Notes under the pieces: model-generated
Told to the model about the DNA's origin: nothing
What the model saw: the letters and a program-made list of their open reading frames with translations, nothing else
The model's database searches: none
Assembly: GCA_951406725.2 (NCBI GenBank)
Contig: OX597828.1
Span: 73,966,001-74,030,000 of the forward strand
Direction: 5' to 3'
Length of the DNA stretch: 64,000 nucleotides
DNA from: Octopus vulgaris
Lineage: Eukaryota
Translations under genes and position numbers: made by a program
Shown: in pieces, positions 41,852-54,216 of the stretch
Layout: each line of letters opens with the position of its first letter
Position numbering within the stretch: the first letter of the stretch is position 1

Positions 41852-42784
41852 ATATATATATATTGTGTGTGTGTGTGTGTGTGTGTATACATACACATAC
41901 ATACATATTCACATACATACACATTTACATACATAATATATATATAGAGAGAGATAGATATAGATATATAGATATGTACGTATGTATATGTATGTATATG
42001 TATATATATATGCATGCGCTATTAAACACATGCTTTTCAATACAGCCGTGTGAATAGTCGGTGAAGATGGCGTGAACGATGATGGCTATGGAAGATGCGA
42101 AACTCTTTTCCGCAAATAACCAGACAATTTAACGGATGTGGTGTACGATGTGTGGTATGAAGCGGCGTGATGTGACGGTGGTGGAGCATAGAAACTGATT
42201 TATATAATTTAGTGTTGGCTTGGATTTATGCAATATCTGCCGTTAATGGCTACCGGTTTCATGAATTGTTTCTATTATGAATTAACAAGCAAGATGAGAG
42301 AACAATAAAAACATGGCGGCCGTAATGAGCGAAAGGGGTATTGCTGATGGAAGGTTTCTTCATGTTGACCAGTTATCGTAGCCGAATTTTGATTTTCATC
42401 ATCATAAAATTCCTCGTCTGTACGTTTTAATGTCACTGAGTGATAGAAGAGAGAGTTGGGTTGATTGAGATATATAGACGGAGAGTTATCTAACTAGTCA
42501 CCTTGTTTCGTGCATAAATACTTAACTTGATTAATGCATAGTTATGTATGTAGATAGGCAGATGCACTGAGAGGAAGATAGACTGGTCTGCAGACAGACA
42601 GATAGACACACAGATACGTAGATGAATTGACAGATATTTAATAAACAGATTCGTACACAAATATATGCGTACATACACACAAACACACACATAAGCATAC
42701 ATACACACACATATATATATAGAGAGAGAGAGAGAGTGGGGGAAGGAGAGGCAAAGAAAGAAACAAATGTGTACATATTTATAC

Positions 42785-42855
<71 letters not shown>

Positions 42856-43028
42856 CTGATGGACGGACGGACAGACAGACAGACAGACAGACAGGTAGGT
42901 AGGTAGGTAGGTAGGTAGGTAGGTAGACTTATATACATATATAAATACATACACATAAATATGTGTATACATGCATACATACGTAGCAAGAGAGAGAGAG
43001 AGAGCGCGCGAGAGAGAGAGAATTGTCG

Positions 43029-43108
<80 letters not shown>

Positions 43109-43689
43109 CAGATAGACCAGTTCCATGTTCATCGACGTTCATACTGAATAATTCGAAAATTGTTCGTTTGCCTCACTGAAATTACACTATTTATTCATCC
43201 AATCAAAATTGTGATTCTTAATTCTCTGCGATGGCCTCCTGAGAAGCTTAGCTCTGCACAATTGAGGTTAAGCCGTGATGACCTACTAAAATATTCCATA
43301 AACTTTCAAAAGCCAGAGGATTCAAAAGCATTTGCTGATGACGAAGCTTATTAAAGTATATTTGTTTGTTTTCGAATATTTCTGGCTGTTCGGAATATAT
43401 TAAATATTGAACATTACATATACGAAAATTGCTCTCAGCGAGTAAAAATAGCTTATTAAATGCAGCTGTATGTGATATTACAATACGTTCTCTATAGGTT
43501 TGGCCGTCGCCTGGTTGGTTTAACCAATAACTCTGTCGGTTGCTAAGGTTGGTGTTCCAGTTGTTCCTTCAACAGCTTTCTCGTGAAATGAATGTGCTCA
43601 CGGCTAAGCACTCCACAGGTACTCGTACCATTATCGTGGTTCTCAGGGAGATTCACCGGGTCAGAAAATGTGACCAGGTTTTGGATTAC

Positions 43690-43845
43690 AGGTGTTACTA
43701 ATCCCGTAAATGAGCGGTTCGGCAAAAGAGAACGATAGAGTAAGAAACAGGCTTAAAAAGATAAGTACAGGTGTCCGATTCATTCGACTAAATATTCTGC
43801 AAGGCGGAGCAACAACATGGCTGCAGTCACATGACTCAAGCAAGT
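43690..43845 (+). mobile_element. SINE family A 3' portion (adjacent SINE relic ~43530-43660, minus)
   Basis: 'agcggttcggcaaaagaga..gataagtac..catggctgcagtcacatgact'. Confidence 0.7.
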
Positions 43846-43924
43846 AATATATAATGTTTGTGTGTGTGGGGGGGGTGCTTGTATGCGTGAATGTATGTCA
43901 CTTCTATTTTTTTAAATTATTATA

Positions 43925-44310
43925 ACTATTCCACTGAGGAGGGAACCGGTTTCCAACAAAGATACAAGGCTCCATCTTTGGTATATAGTCAACACAGGCA
44001 AATTCACATTTGGAACTTGAGAAAAGTCTTGCATATTTTTACTGTTCCACTCACAGATTGCACTTATAATGTACGAATCAGCCGGTCGATTTCTCTTTCT
44101 GAAAATCCCGGGTCATCCAGATTCTCCTTTAAGCATTTACTAACAAAAAAAAACCTAGTGCTCCAATTATTATTGGTATGAATATGAATTCATAGTCTGG
44201 GTATTGAAGCTGGAGGTTTCGAAGCAGTTGTCTATAGATATCCGCTTTTTCTTTGATTTTCAAAGAGATATTTATATCTGCAGGGCAGATATAAATTTCC
44301 TGATATGTCA
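43925..44310 (-). mobile_element. REL-endonuclease LINE 3' fragment (third family); related shorter fragment at 44775-44980
   Basis: EIYICPADINISLKIKEKADIYRQLLRNLQLQYPDYEFIFIPIIIGALG. The 3' end is duplicated at 44775-44980 across a (TATG)n tract. Confidence 0.75.
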
Positions 44311-44471
44311 CATGCTCTACCGTGTGCATGTGTGTATGTATGCATGCATGCATGTATGTATGCATGCATGTATGTACCTATGCATGTATGTATATATGCA
44401 TGCATGTATGTATGTATTCATGTATGTATGTATGCATGTATGCATGCATGCATGCATGTATGTATGTATGC

Positions 44472-44502
<31 letters not shown>

Positions 44503-44662
44503 TGTATGTATGTATGTATGTGCGTGTGCATGTATGTATGTATGCATGCATGTGTGTATGTATGCATATATGTATACATGCATGTAGATATGTATGCATA
44601 TATGTATGTATGTATGTATGTATATATGTATGTATGTGTGTATGTGTGTGTATGTATGTATG

Positions 44663-44696
<34 letters not shown>

Positions 44697-45163
44697 TGTA
44701 TGTATGTATGTATGTATGTATGTATGTATGTATGTGTGTACGTGTGAGTGTATGAATGTCTCTTCTGTATTCATTTAAATCCTTCCTCTGAAGAAGGATC
44801 TGGTTTCTAACCAACATACAAAGCTCCATCTGTGGAATGTCGATAACGAAAAGAGTGTCATATTTTCAGCATGAGAAAAGTCTTGCATACTTTTACTGTT
44901 CCGCTTACAGATTGTATTTGTAATGTGCGAATCGGTTGGTGTAATTTCTTTATCTGAAAATCCAAGCTTATCCAGATGTAGGCGATCGATGTAATTGACT
45001 TCCCTCCGTCCCCTCAAATTACTGGCTTTATACTGAAATTTCAGAACAATATTAAACGTCTTTAAACCTAATTCTATCTTTGTATCATTTCTTTTCTATC
45101 TTTATATTATTGTCACAAGAACTGAAAATGAATCTTCCCAAATAAAGTGCACCTCAATTTCAA

Positions 45164-45241
45164 AGCTCTGATGAAGCTATATGATGTTACCCAGCAACTC
45201 AACTAAGATTCCACATCTTACAGCAGAAACAGCTGTTAGCT
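45164..45241 (+). ncRNA. Type I hammerhead ribozyme motif with long stem II
   Basis: AGCT-CTGATGA-A-GCTATATGATGT..ACATCTTACAGC-A-GAAA-CAGCTG-TT-AGCT: stem II pairs at 10/12 positions, palindromic stem III, GUU triplet. Confidence 0.72.
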
Positions 45242-45396
45242 AATGTAGTTCATGATATAGCCTTTGTTTTCCTCCGGTATCATGATATTTTTCCTATTAC
45301 CACTCTATAATCCTCTACCATTGTTCTGCATCATACATATATTGAGTTCTACACCAAGTTACTAATCACACGATGCCTAAGTAAAATATTACAATA

Positions 45397-45946
45397 TTGG
45401 GTTGTCTGGAAAGTTCGTGCCGATTTTTAAAGGAAAGAAAAAGGTCAATAAATACTTGCCATTACATTTTTAATCAACCAAATATGAACCATTTTGTTGC
45501 ACAATGCGTCTCCATCTTTCCTTTGACTTGAAAATACCCTCTTCCCAGAATTGAGGTGGTTTCAAGGCAAAGAATTCATCAAGGTATCTTTTTGCATCAT
45601 CCAAGGAATTGAAATTTTTAGCATTAACACTATTCTGCAGAAACCTGAATAAGTGAAAATCCGAAGGAGCAATATCTGGAGAATATGGAGGGTGGGGTAA
45701 CACATCCCAGCCGAGCTGCAGCAATTTTTGTCCGGTTCCCAAATCATCAAGTGCTGAAAATTGACTTTCTTATCTTCCATTTTAAAGGGTTACAGAATTA
45801 ACACAGGTTATAGGGACATAAACCTTCTTCCGCGAAAAGATAGCTTAAACTGTGCTCCAAATGGAGGTGTAGTCAAATCCTATTTTATGGACTCAACCAT
45901 GTTCTAAAATAAGTCGAAAGGTAAGCTACGATAATTCGGCACGAAC
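45397..45946 (-). mobile_element. Internally deleted mariner DNA transposon
   Basis: The C-terminus LGWDVLPHPPYSPDIAPSDFHLFR..GIFK..RWRRIVQQNGSY is fused to the N-terminal MEDKKVNFQHLM. There is a TIR 'ttgggttgtctggaaagttcgtgccga' after TA and a partial inverted copy 'tcggcacgaac' at ~45936-45946. Confidence 0.92.
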
Positions 45947-46101
45947 GTCATATATCAGTCGCTACTCTTTTATTAGATCTTACTCACCTTCATCTTTTTT
46001 GGATGCACTTCTCTAATAATTTCTGTTGGTTTACGTTGTTCTTCTTTTCCTGGAAGATATTAAGATTTCGTTCTTTTCGTGTGGGTGTTCAATAGAGAGA
46101 A

Positions 46102-46136
<35 letters not shown>

Positions 46137-47079
46137 ACGTGTGTGTGTGTGTGTTTGTGTTTGTGTGTGTCCTTGTTTGTGTGTATATGTGTACTTATAG
46201 CGCGCAAGTTTTACATGAAATTTAAAGATTTGTTTCTTCGTGTGGGTGTGTGTAGGTGTGGGTGAGGGTGTGGATAGGTGTGGGTGGGTGTGGTGCTTGT
46301 GTGAGAAAGAGAGAGTAAGCATGTGTATACGTATGTGTGTGTGTGTGTGTGTGTGAGTGGCATGTAGATTTTACATGAAATGTTAAGATTTGGTTTATCG
46401 TGTGGGTGTGTAAACGACAAAGAGTGTTTTTATATGTATGCGGGCGTGTGTGTATGCATGCACTTGTGTGAGTATGCGTGTGTGTGCGTGTGTGTGTGTG
46501 TGTGGCGTGTGAATTTTACATGGAATACTAAGACTTGGTTTCTCGCGCATCTGTAAGTGCATATGTATGCGTTAGTGTATATGTGTGTGTGTATGTGTAT
46601 CTGTGTGTGAGTGTATATGTGTATATATGTGTATGTATGTGTGTGGGGGTGTATATGTATATATGTGTATGTGTGTATGCAAGTGTATGTGAATGTATAT
46701 GTATGTGTATTTGCATGTATGTGTATGAGTGTATATTTATATGTGTATATATATATATATATGTATGTGTGTATATGTGTATATGTATATATGTATGTGT
46801 GTATATGTGTATGTATGTGTGTATATATGTATGTATATATATGTGTGAGTGTATATGCGTAGGTATGTGTGAGTGTATATGTATATATGTGTATGTATAT
46901 GTGTATGTATGTGTGTGAGCGTATGTGTATATACGTGCATATAGCCAGTGGGTTTCCTACCCGTTAGATTTAAAATATTTGATTTACGATTCTCAATGTT
47001 AACAAGTTCTTTTCTTTTCTTTTCTGTTTTTTTTTTCTATTTCTGTATTTTGTATTATTTTATTTCTCATTAAGGAAAC

Positions 47080-47878
47080 GAGTCGGTTGGATCGTTAGAA
47101 GGTCGGTAGAAATGCTTCGTGGTATTTCTCCGAGCTCGTTACACTATGAGTTCAAATCCCACTAAGATCACCTGTACCTTTCATCCTTTGGGGCTCCATA
47201 GATTAAAGTACCATCCAAGCATCGAGATCGATGGAGCTTAGGAGTATTTCGTCCAACTTTAGATTCGAGTTCAACTTCCGCTAAGGTCGACTTTGCCTTT
47301 AATCTTTTCTGGTTAAGGTCAAACAACCGACAAGCAAATCTGTGGCATTGAGCAGAATATTTGCTGTAGCGTATCTTTTATTGCATCAGGGCATGTATTA
47401 TTATTATTGAATAAGTCCTATTCTGCGTTCAAATTCCGCTGAGGTCGCTTTGCTTTATATCCTTTCGGGGGTCGATAAAACAAATACCAGTTGAACACTG
47501 GGGGTCGATGTAATCGACTTACTCCTTCCCACGAACTTGATGGCCTTCACCAAAATCTGAAATCAATGTCGTAATTGGAACCTGTAATTTATTACTATCA
47601 TCATCATCGAAATAAGTACCTGCTGCGCACTGGGGTCGATGTAATTGTCTTGCCTTCCATCCCAAAGTTTCAGTCCTTGTACCTCTAGTAGGCGTCGAGC
47701 TGGCAGAATCGTTAGAACGCCGGGCAAAATGTTTAGCAGTAGATCGTTCGTCTGTACGTTCTGAGTTCAAATTCACCCGAGGTCAGTTTTACCTTTTATT
47801 CTTCCGGAATCGATAAAATAAATACCAGTTGAACATTAAATACCAGTTGAACATTGCTGCCCATGTGCCAAATTTGAA

Positions 47879-47880
<2 letters not shown>
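47080..47880 (+). mobile_element. Cluster of family B SINE copies and fragments
   Basis: Repeated 'gagttcaaat.cc..aggtcgactttgccttt' bodies, with a full head at ~47690. Confidence 0.7.
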
Positions 47881-47946
<66 letters not shown>

Positions 47947-48637
47947 CATCATCATCATCATTGAGTGACAGAGCAGTATATGCCATCAAAGTGACACTGG
48001 GGTAAAATATACGAAGCCCAGTATACCCATCATGACTACCCGTCTGATAAGGGTACACCAGGCACATGCATCACAACCATATGTGCGCGACATGGTGATC
48101 TCATATCAAGATAAACAGCGCATGACCTTGCAGGTGGAGCCCAGTTAGAATTTACTTCCGGTCGAATAGCTTATCTCGCTCGAAAGGTCCCTGAATAAAT
48201 GTTGTTTGTGGATGATGAATAAAACACCCATGTTTTCAAATGGGAATTATCCAAACTCCAAAGAATTCCTCTCAACACATGGCTATGATGCTCCCCCACT
48301 ACTTCTGCTCGAGGTCAGAGATGCACATATCGTCAGCCACTAAGGGACATACTCAACTGGTTACGGTCAAACAACTGACAAGCAAATCTGTGGCATTGAG
48401 CAGAATATTTGCTGTAGCCCATCTTTTATTGCATCAGGGCATGTATTATTATTATTATTGAATAAGTCCTATTCTGCGTTCAAATTCCGCCGAGGTCGCT
48501 TTGCTTTATATCCTTTCGGGGGTCGATAAAACAAATACCAGTTGAACACTGGGGGTCGATGTAATCGACTTACTCCTTCCCACGAACTTGATGGCCTTTA
48601 CCAAAATCTGAAATCAACGTCGTAATTGGAACCTGTA
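47309..48637 (+). repeat. Dispersed direct repeat, ~280 bp (47309-47586 and 48357-48637)
   Basis: Near-identical copies spanning an element end, a (TAT)n linker and a SINE fragment. Confidence 0.92.
47963..48443 (-). mobile_element. (TAA)n-associated non-coding element, copy 2 (internal deletion)
   Basis: Matches 60280-60833 but jumps from 'catcttttat' to 'tgcatcaggg'. Confidence 0.85.
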
Positions 48638-48755
48638 CTTATATAAGGGGAAAACATTTTTGTTTTCTTATTTCGAATATTATTATTATTATTATTATTA
48701 TTATTATCATTATTATTATTACTATTTATTACTATCATCATCATCATCATTATCA

Positions 48756-48837
<82 letters not shown>

Positions 48838-49419
48838 CATTATTATTATCAGAGTCAGAAACTGTAGAATGTCGGAATAAATGCATGAATTTGTTTTCCA
48901 AATCAGCATAGGTCGTTTTACGTTACGAGTGTCGGCGATGTCCTAGCAGAGGTCAATGTCTTCGATAATGGCCAGCATTTCAAAATGATCATTATGAAGC
49001 ATTTAACTTTATGGAAAAAATATGAGATTATGGAACGCCATATGTTTACATGATGCAGTCTGTCAAAAATTCTGCAAACAAAAACCTGTGCCAGGTCGCT
49101 CGGCATGCTAGAAACAACAGCGAAATCTCCCTGAAATCACAACCGACCATCTTACAAAATAAACAAGTTGGTTAATTTGGATTTGAGTTGCTTGTATGCA
49201 GGAATAAGACGAGCAGGTCACGGTGGGAAAGTTATAGATCTGCTCATTAAATGCTTACCTGGGGCTAAACAAATATAAAAACGACACAGTTTATCTGATT
49301 TGAGAACTGCGTAGAAAGAAGCAGACTGGTTTTCTAAGCCTGCTTCGTTCTGTATTAAAATGTCATCGACTCTAGGTTAATGGTTTTGTGCGGCCTAAGT
49401 CATGTGATGATTACGTTGG

Positions 49420-49955
49420 AATGGTGGTGGTGGCTTGTTGGTAGTGCTCATTAAGGTGGTGATGGCTACGGTGCTGATGATAGTGACAGTAGCGTGGTGG
49501 TGGTAGTGGTGGGGGTGATGGTGGGGGTGGAGGGATTGTGGGGGGGTTCTGGTGAGGGGGAATTGTGGTGGTGGGGATTGTAGTGGTGGTGGGGATTGAG
49601 GTGAAGGTGGCGTTGATGATGGTGGTGGTGGTGGTGGTGGTATTGATGGTAGTAGTGGCGGTGCTGGTGTGTTTTGATGGGGTGGTGGTGTTGATGATGG
49701 TGGTGATGATGATGGTGGTACTGATGATGGCAGTAGTGCAGTGGTGTTGGTGGTTGGTGGTGGTGGTGGTGTTGGCGGCAGCGGCAGCGGTGGCGGCGTC
49801 GGTGGTGGTGGTGGTGGTGACGGTGGTGCTGTTAGTGATATTCGTTATCCCGGTGATTTTGCTTAAGGTGGGGATTAGTTTCAGAAACAATGAGATTGCA
49901 GAAGTGTTGATGTTATTGTTGTTGTTATTGTTGTTGTTGTTGTTGTTGTTGTTGT
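49420..49955. repeat. Degenerate (GGT)n/(GAT)n/(GTT)n tract
   Basis: Directly visible, with dense G-runs at 49490-49600. Confidence 0.9.
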
Positions 49956-50527
49956 TCGTTGATTCGTCGGGAAGCCGAGAAGGAACTGAACCCACGGCCC
50001 TTACAACCCCTCTCTTACCGTTACTTATAATGCTATAATATTCCCCCTTGGATACCTTCTGGTTGACAGCTATAGGGGATCAAAATGTTAGCAGATGGAT
50101 TCCAGGCGGGGAAAGAAGGACTGGGCGTCATGGTCGCTAACCGGCCATGGACGAGGACAGAAACTGAGAAAAATCAGGTGAGGATGCCTGAATGAAGGAC
50201 ATGCAGGTGAGGCGGGCGAATTACGCTTGGTCTCTTACTCCTCGGGCAAGGAGGTACTGGCGTTTGTTACATACCTCTCACGTGTTTCACATGATGGGCT
50301 TGTTTTTGCTTTTCTTCTGGCTCACCATGAAAGCAACGCTGCTGTTTTTTGAAATTACCGTCCTTGGGAGTATTTCATCAATTGCTACAGTATCTGCTGT
50401 CTACTTATACAAATGTATCCATATTCTTGTTCTTTTAATCTTTGCAATTTCGAAACATTTAAAGAAATTCTGTCTTTTTGTTTATGGATTTCTTTTCGGA
50501 GAGAAAACAAAAAAAAAAGTACAAATG

Positions 50528-50571
50528 ATTCGATTCGAGTTTCAATTCGATTTGAAACTCTCATCAGAGAA
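50528..50571 (-). ncRNA. Degenerate hammerhead motif
   Basis: TTCT-CTGATGA-gagtttcaaatcgaatt-GAAAC-TCGA-ATC-GAA. The core is intact but stems III and I are eroded. Confidence 0.45.
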
Positions 50572-50620
50572 TATGTACACCTCTTCTTGACCCATACAAA
50601 TATGTTACGAATATTTCAAA

Positions 50621-51100
50621 TAGGAGCTAGCGTGGCGGTGTGGTAAGAAGCTCGCTTCCCAGCCGCATGGTTCTGGGCTCAGTCCCACTACGTGGCACCT
50701 TGGGCAAGTGTTTTCTACTCTACACTGGGACTGACCAATGTGTTGTGTGTGGACTTGGTGAACTGAAACATAAACCTGTCATATGCGTGAAGGGGTGTGC
50801 GTGCGTGTGTCGATGTGGATGTGTGTATATGTGTGTATGTGTTTATGTGTATTTGTGTGTGTATGTGTGTGGATGTGTGTGGATGTCTTTTGTGCCTTTG
50901 TTTGTCCTCCACCACTACTTGACAATCAGTGCTGGTGGGTTTATGTTCCCATAACTTAGCGGTTCGGCAAAACGAGACCAATCGAATAAGTGCAAATCTG
51001 AAACGAAAAAATAAGTACTGGAGTTTATCTAATCGTCTAAGAATTCCTTCAACACAGTGTTCTAGCATGGCCGCAGCCAGATGACTGAAACAAGTAAAAG
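50621..51100 (+). mobile_element. SINE family A, near full length
   Basis: A box 'tggcggtgtggtaag', B-box-like 'gggctcagtccc', 'ccttgggcaagtg', internal (TG)n and tail 'tgactgaaacaagtaaaaga'. Confidence 0.85.
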
Positions 51101-51289
51101 ATAGAAAGCACACACAATATAACTGTATCAATAAATTGTAAGCTCTAACTAGCATAAATTTAAATGTCTGAACTCGTTGCTAAGCTGAATAGTTGCGTAT
51201 TTCTCCGCGGCCATAAGGATGCATACAGGACCTGTTCAGTTCACAATGCAGAAAATCAAAACTGGTGTAAAGTAAATAGTAACGAGAAT

Positions 51290-51774
51290 ACTAGAAATGA
51301 AACTGACCACTCTCAAAAATTAAGCTAAAAATAAAAGGAAAAATAATCCAGAATATGTGTCCGGTACCTGGTCGATCCCTAAAATGGTAGTCATGGAATG
51401 GTAGTCATGGAATGTGAAGGTGGCTGTAGAAAATTTAGTGACCGTAATAAATAGTTTATTCTTATCTAATACAAACCAAAGTTAATAAATCCACCATTTA
51501 AAATAGTTACAGCCTAAAGGGAGATAATTGAGAAAGATTCGAAAGTTAACGTAAGATCGTAATCATGTAAAGTAAAGTATATGTAACAAATAATCAAGAA
51601 TCCTTCTCTGGTACCAGATCGATCCCAAAATCTAATCAGTTCGTGACAGTCACGAGGCCAAACTTCCCTGAAAATTTCATTCGAATCCATCCAGCGGTTT
51701 TTAAAATATCTTGTCCACGGAAAACAAACAAAAGCGACTGAAAACTACTTCTGCCTTCGCTAAAGCGGAAGTAA
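51290..51774 (-). mobile_element. HINE/DINE-1-like non-autonomous Helentron
   Basis: Terminal hairpin 'tacttctgcctt cgct aaagcggaagta' (51746-51773), an adjacent (CAAA)-type repeat, an internally duplicated 'aatc.agaat..ggtacc...tcgatccc' block, and 'actagaaa' at the other end. Confidence 0.55.
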
Positions 51775-51814
51775 CAAGAAATTCCAATGTGTCGGTGTTA
51801 TTTGTTTGCAAATA

Positions 51815-52105
51815 TAGTTATCCCTCGCCATATCGCGGTTCAGTTATCGCAGTTCACCTATTGCGGTTCACCTATCACGGTTCACCTATCACGGTTCACC
51901 TATCATGGTTCACCTGTCGCGGCTCACCTATCACGGTTCACCTATCGATTCCTGTGTAGTGTTGTTTTGCATTTATGAGAAAACAAATATATACAAATTA
52001 TAAAAATAGTTATAAAAAATATGCAGTACGGTTTCTACTTCGCGGATTTTCATCTATCGCGGGGGGTTTTGGAACGTAACACCCACAATAGTCGAGGGAT
52101 TACTA
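51815..52105. mobile_element. pogo/Tigger-like MITE with internal 14 bp tandem array
   Basis: TIRs 'tagttatccctcg' / 'cgagggattacta' flanked by TA. About 8 copies of 'tatcrcggttcacc' lie at 51831-51947. Confidence 0.8.
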
Positions 52106-52199
52106 TATATGAGATTTTGGTTAAACCCATAGTTGTATGAAATGCAACCATGGCTTTATCCTGAATATCAATTGCTTACGGCACTATTTAACCGTTACG

Positions 52200-52470
52200 T
52201 TGTCTATCAGAGAATAAAGATATCAGATAGACAAATTATGAAATCCAAAAATATACGCCAGAAAGGACATCTGATATAAAATGTTATCTGATAGGCAATT
52301 ATAGCACATGGAAAAGGTATCAGATAGCTTTTTCTGTTAGCTAACCTTACAATGTTTACTACGTGATAACTTTTCTATCAACATAACTTTTCTATCTGAT
52401 ATCTTTATTATTTAATAACTTTTCGCCCTGATAGCTTTTCTATCTAATACCGTTCCTATCAGATAACTCG
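52200..52470. mobile_element. Foldback-type element built from ~15 bp subrepeats in opposing orientation
   Basis: 'aataaagatatcagatagacaaattatg' (52213-52240) is inverted to 'cataacttttctatctgatatctttatt' (52382-52409). 'tatc.gatag' units are repeated. Confidence 0.55.
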
Positions 52471-52649
52471 TCGATCTGATTCCAAAATCTCGGACACCAT
52501 TGCATGGTTTTCTCCATTGACTCAGTACCTGATGGACAATAATTCGATTCCAACGACGGAATTGGTTGGAAATGTGACCGAATACAATGAACACGAGGAA
52601 TGCTTCCTTGTCTTTCGATCTATCTGCATTTCCCACAACTTTCTCTCAA

Positions 52650-52707
<58 letters not shown>

Positions 52708-52926
52708 GTATCTCTCTGTCTCTCTCTCTGTCTCTCTCTCTCTGTCTACTCTCTCTCTCTGTCTCTCTCTTTCCCAAAGAGTATTTCTCTCGTTTCTTAT
52801 TCCTTACGTTTTCCATCTCTCTACCTGTCTCTCCCCGCTATGTATATATATATATACTTTGATACTTTGATAGGTTTCGGCCATTATTGGCCCAGGCCAT
52901 GTCTAACTTAATAGCACCACCTGGTG

Positions 52927-52970
<44 letters not shown>

Positions 52971-53141
52971 AGACAGAGACAGATTAATAGAGAAATAGAA
53001 ATATTGATATACAAATATATACGTATTTAAATATACATTTGCACACATGTATATATATATAAACCTATTTATATATATATAAACATATATATATATATAA
53101 ACATATTTATATAAATATATATATTTTTACATATATATATA

Positions 53142-53219
<78 letters not shown>

Positions 53220-53851
53220 ACTTCTCTACTCTTGTACACATTTTCTTTCACTCTCATTTTCTCTCACTCTCTCTCTCTCACTCTCTCTCTTTCTCTCTCT
53301 CTCTCCAGTTCTAAGATAAGTAAACCTCGGTCTATAATTCAAAATTAGTGTCTCTTTATCCAAACCAATAACGAAGGATAATACTTCTCCTTCGTTCTTT
53401 TACCATTTGAATAAAGAACCAATTCAAAAACTCTTGGACGACGGAAACTAAGATTTAACAATTTGTTTTTGATCAAATGGGAATTGGACCAGAATAAAAA
53501 GAAGAAGAAAAAAAAACAAAAACAAACAGAAAGAGAAGCAAAACGGAAGAAGATTTTTCTCGCTGTATTAATAATTTATTTATTCATAACGTTGATAAAT
53601 GATCAGTTAAAGAATGAGACGTTTATAGAAAAGCTTGGAATATATTTGTTACACAGTGTACATCAATCTAGCAATCGTTATAGAATTATGTGTGAGTATG
53701 GATGGATGGATGGATGGATGGATGGATGGATGGATGGATGGATGGGTGGGTGGTGAGACGGATGGGTACATTGTTCACGAAAGCATGTATACTCACGCAG
53801 AGCCTGATATGCAAATACATGTATATGTGTGTATGTGTGTATTTAAGTACC

Positions 53852-54216
<365 letters not shown>

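Noticed and set aside
49411-50038. Mucin-like Thr/Pro-rich ORF and its Val-rich antisense
   Set aside because: Degenerate (GGT)n repeat with no splice or domain support.
50090-50160. Possible HDV-like ribozyme / RTE 5' end
   Set aside because: I could not construct the nested double pseudoknot by eye.
51831-51947. Regular short repeat array resembling CRISPR
   Set aside because: 14 bp head-to-tail units without spacers, inside a MITE, in eukaryotic DNA with no cas genes.
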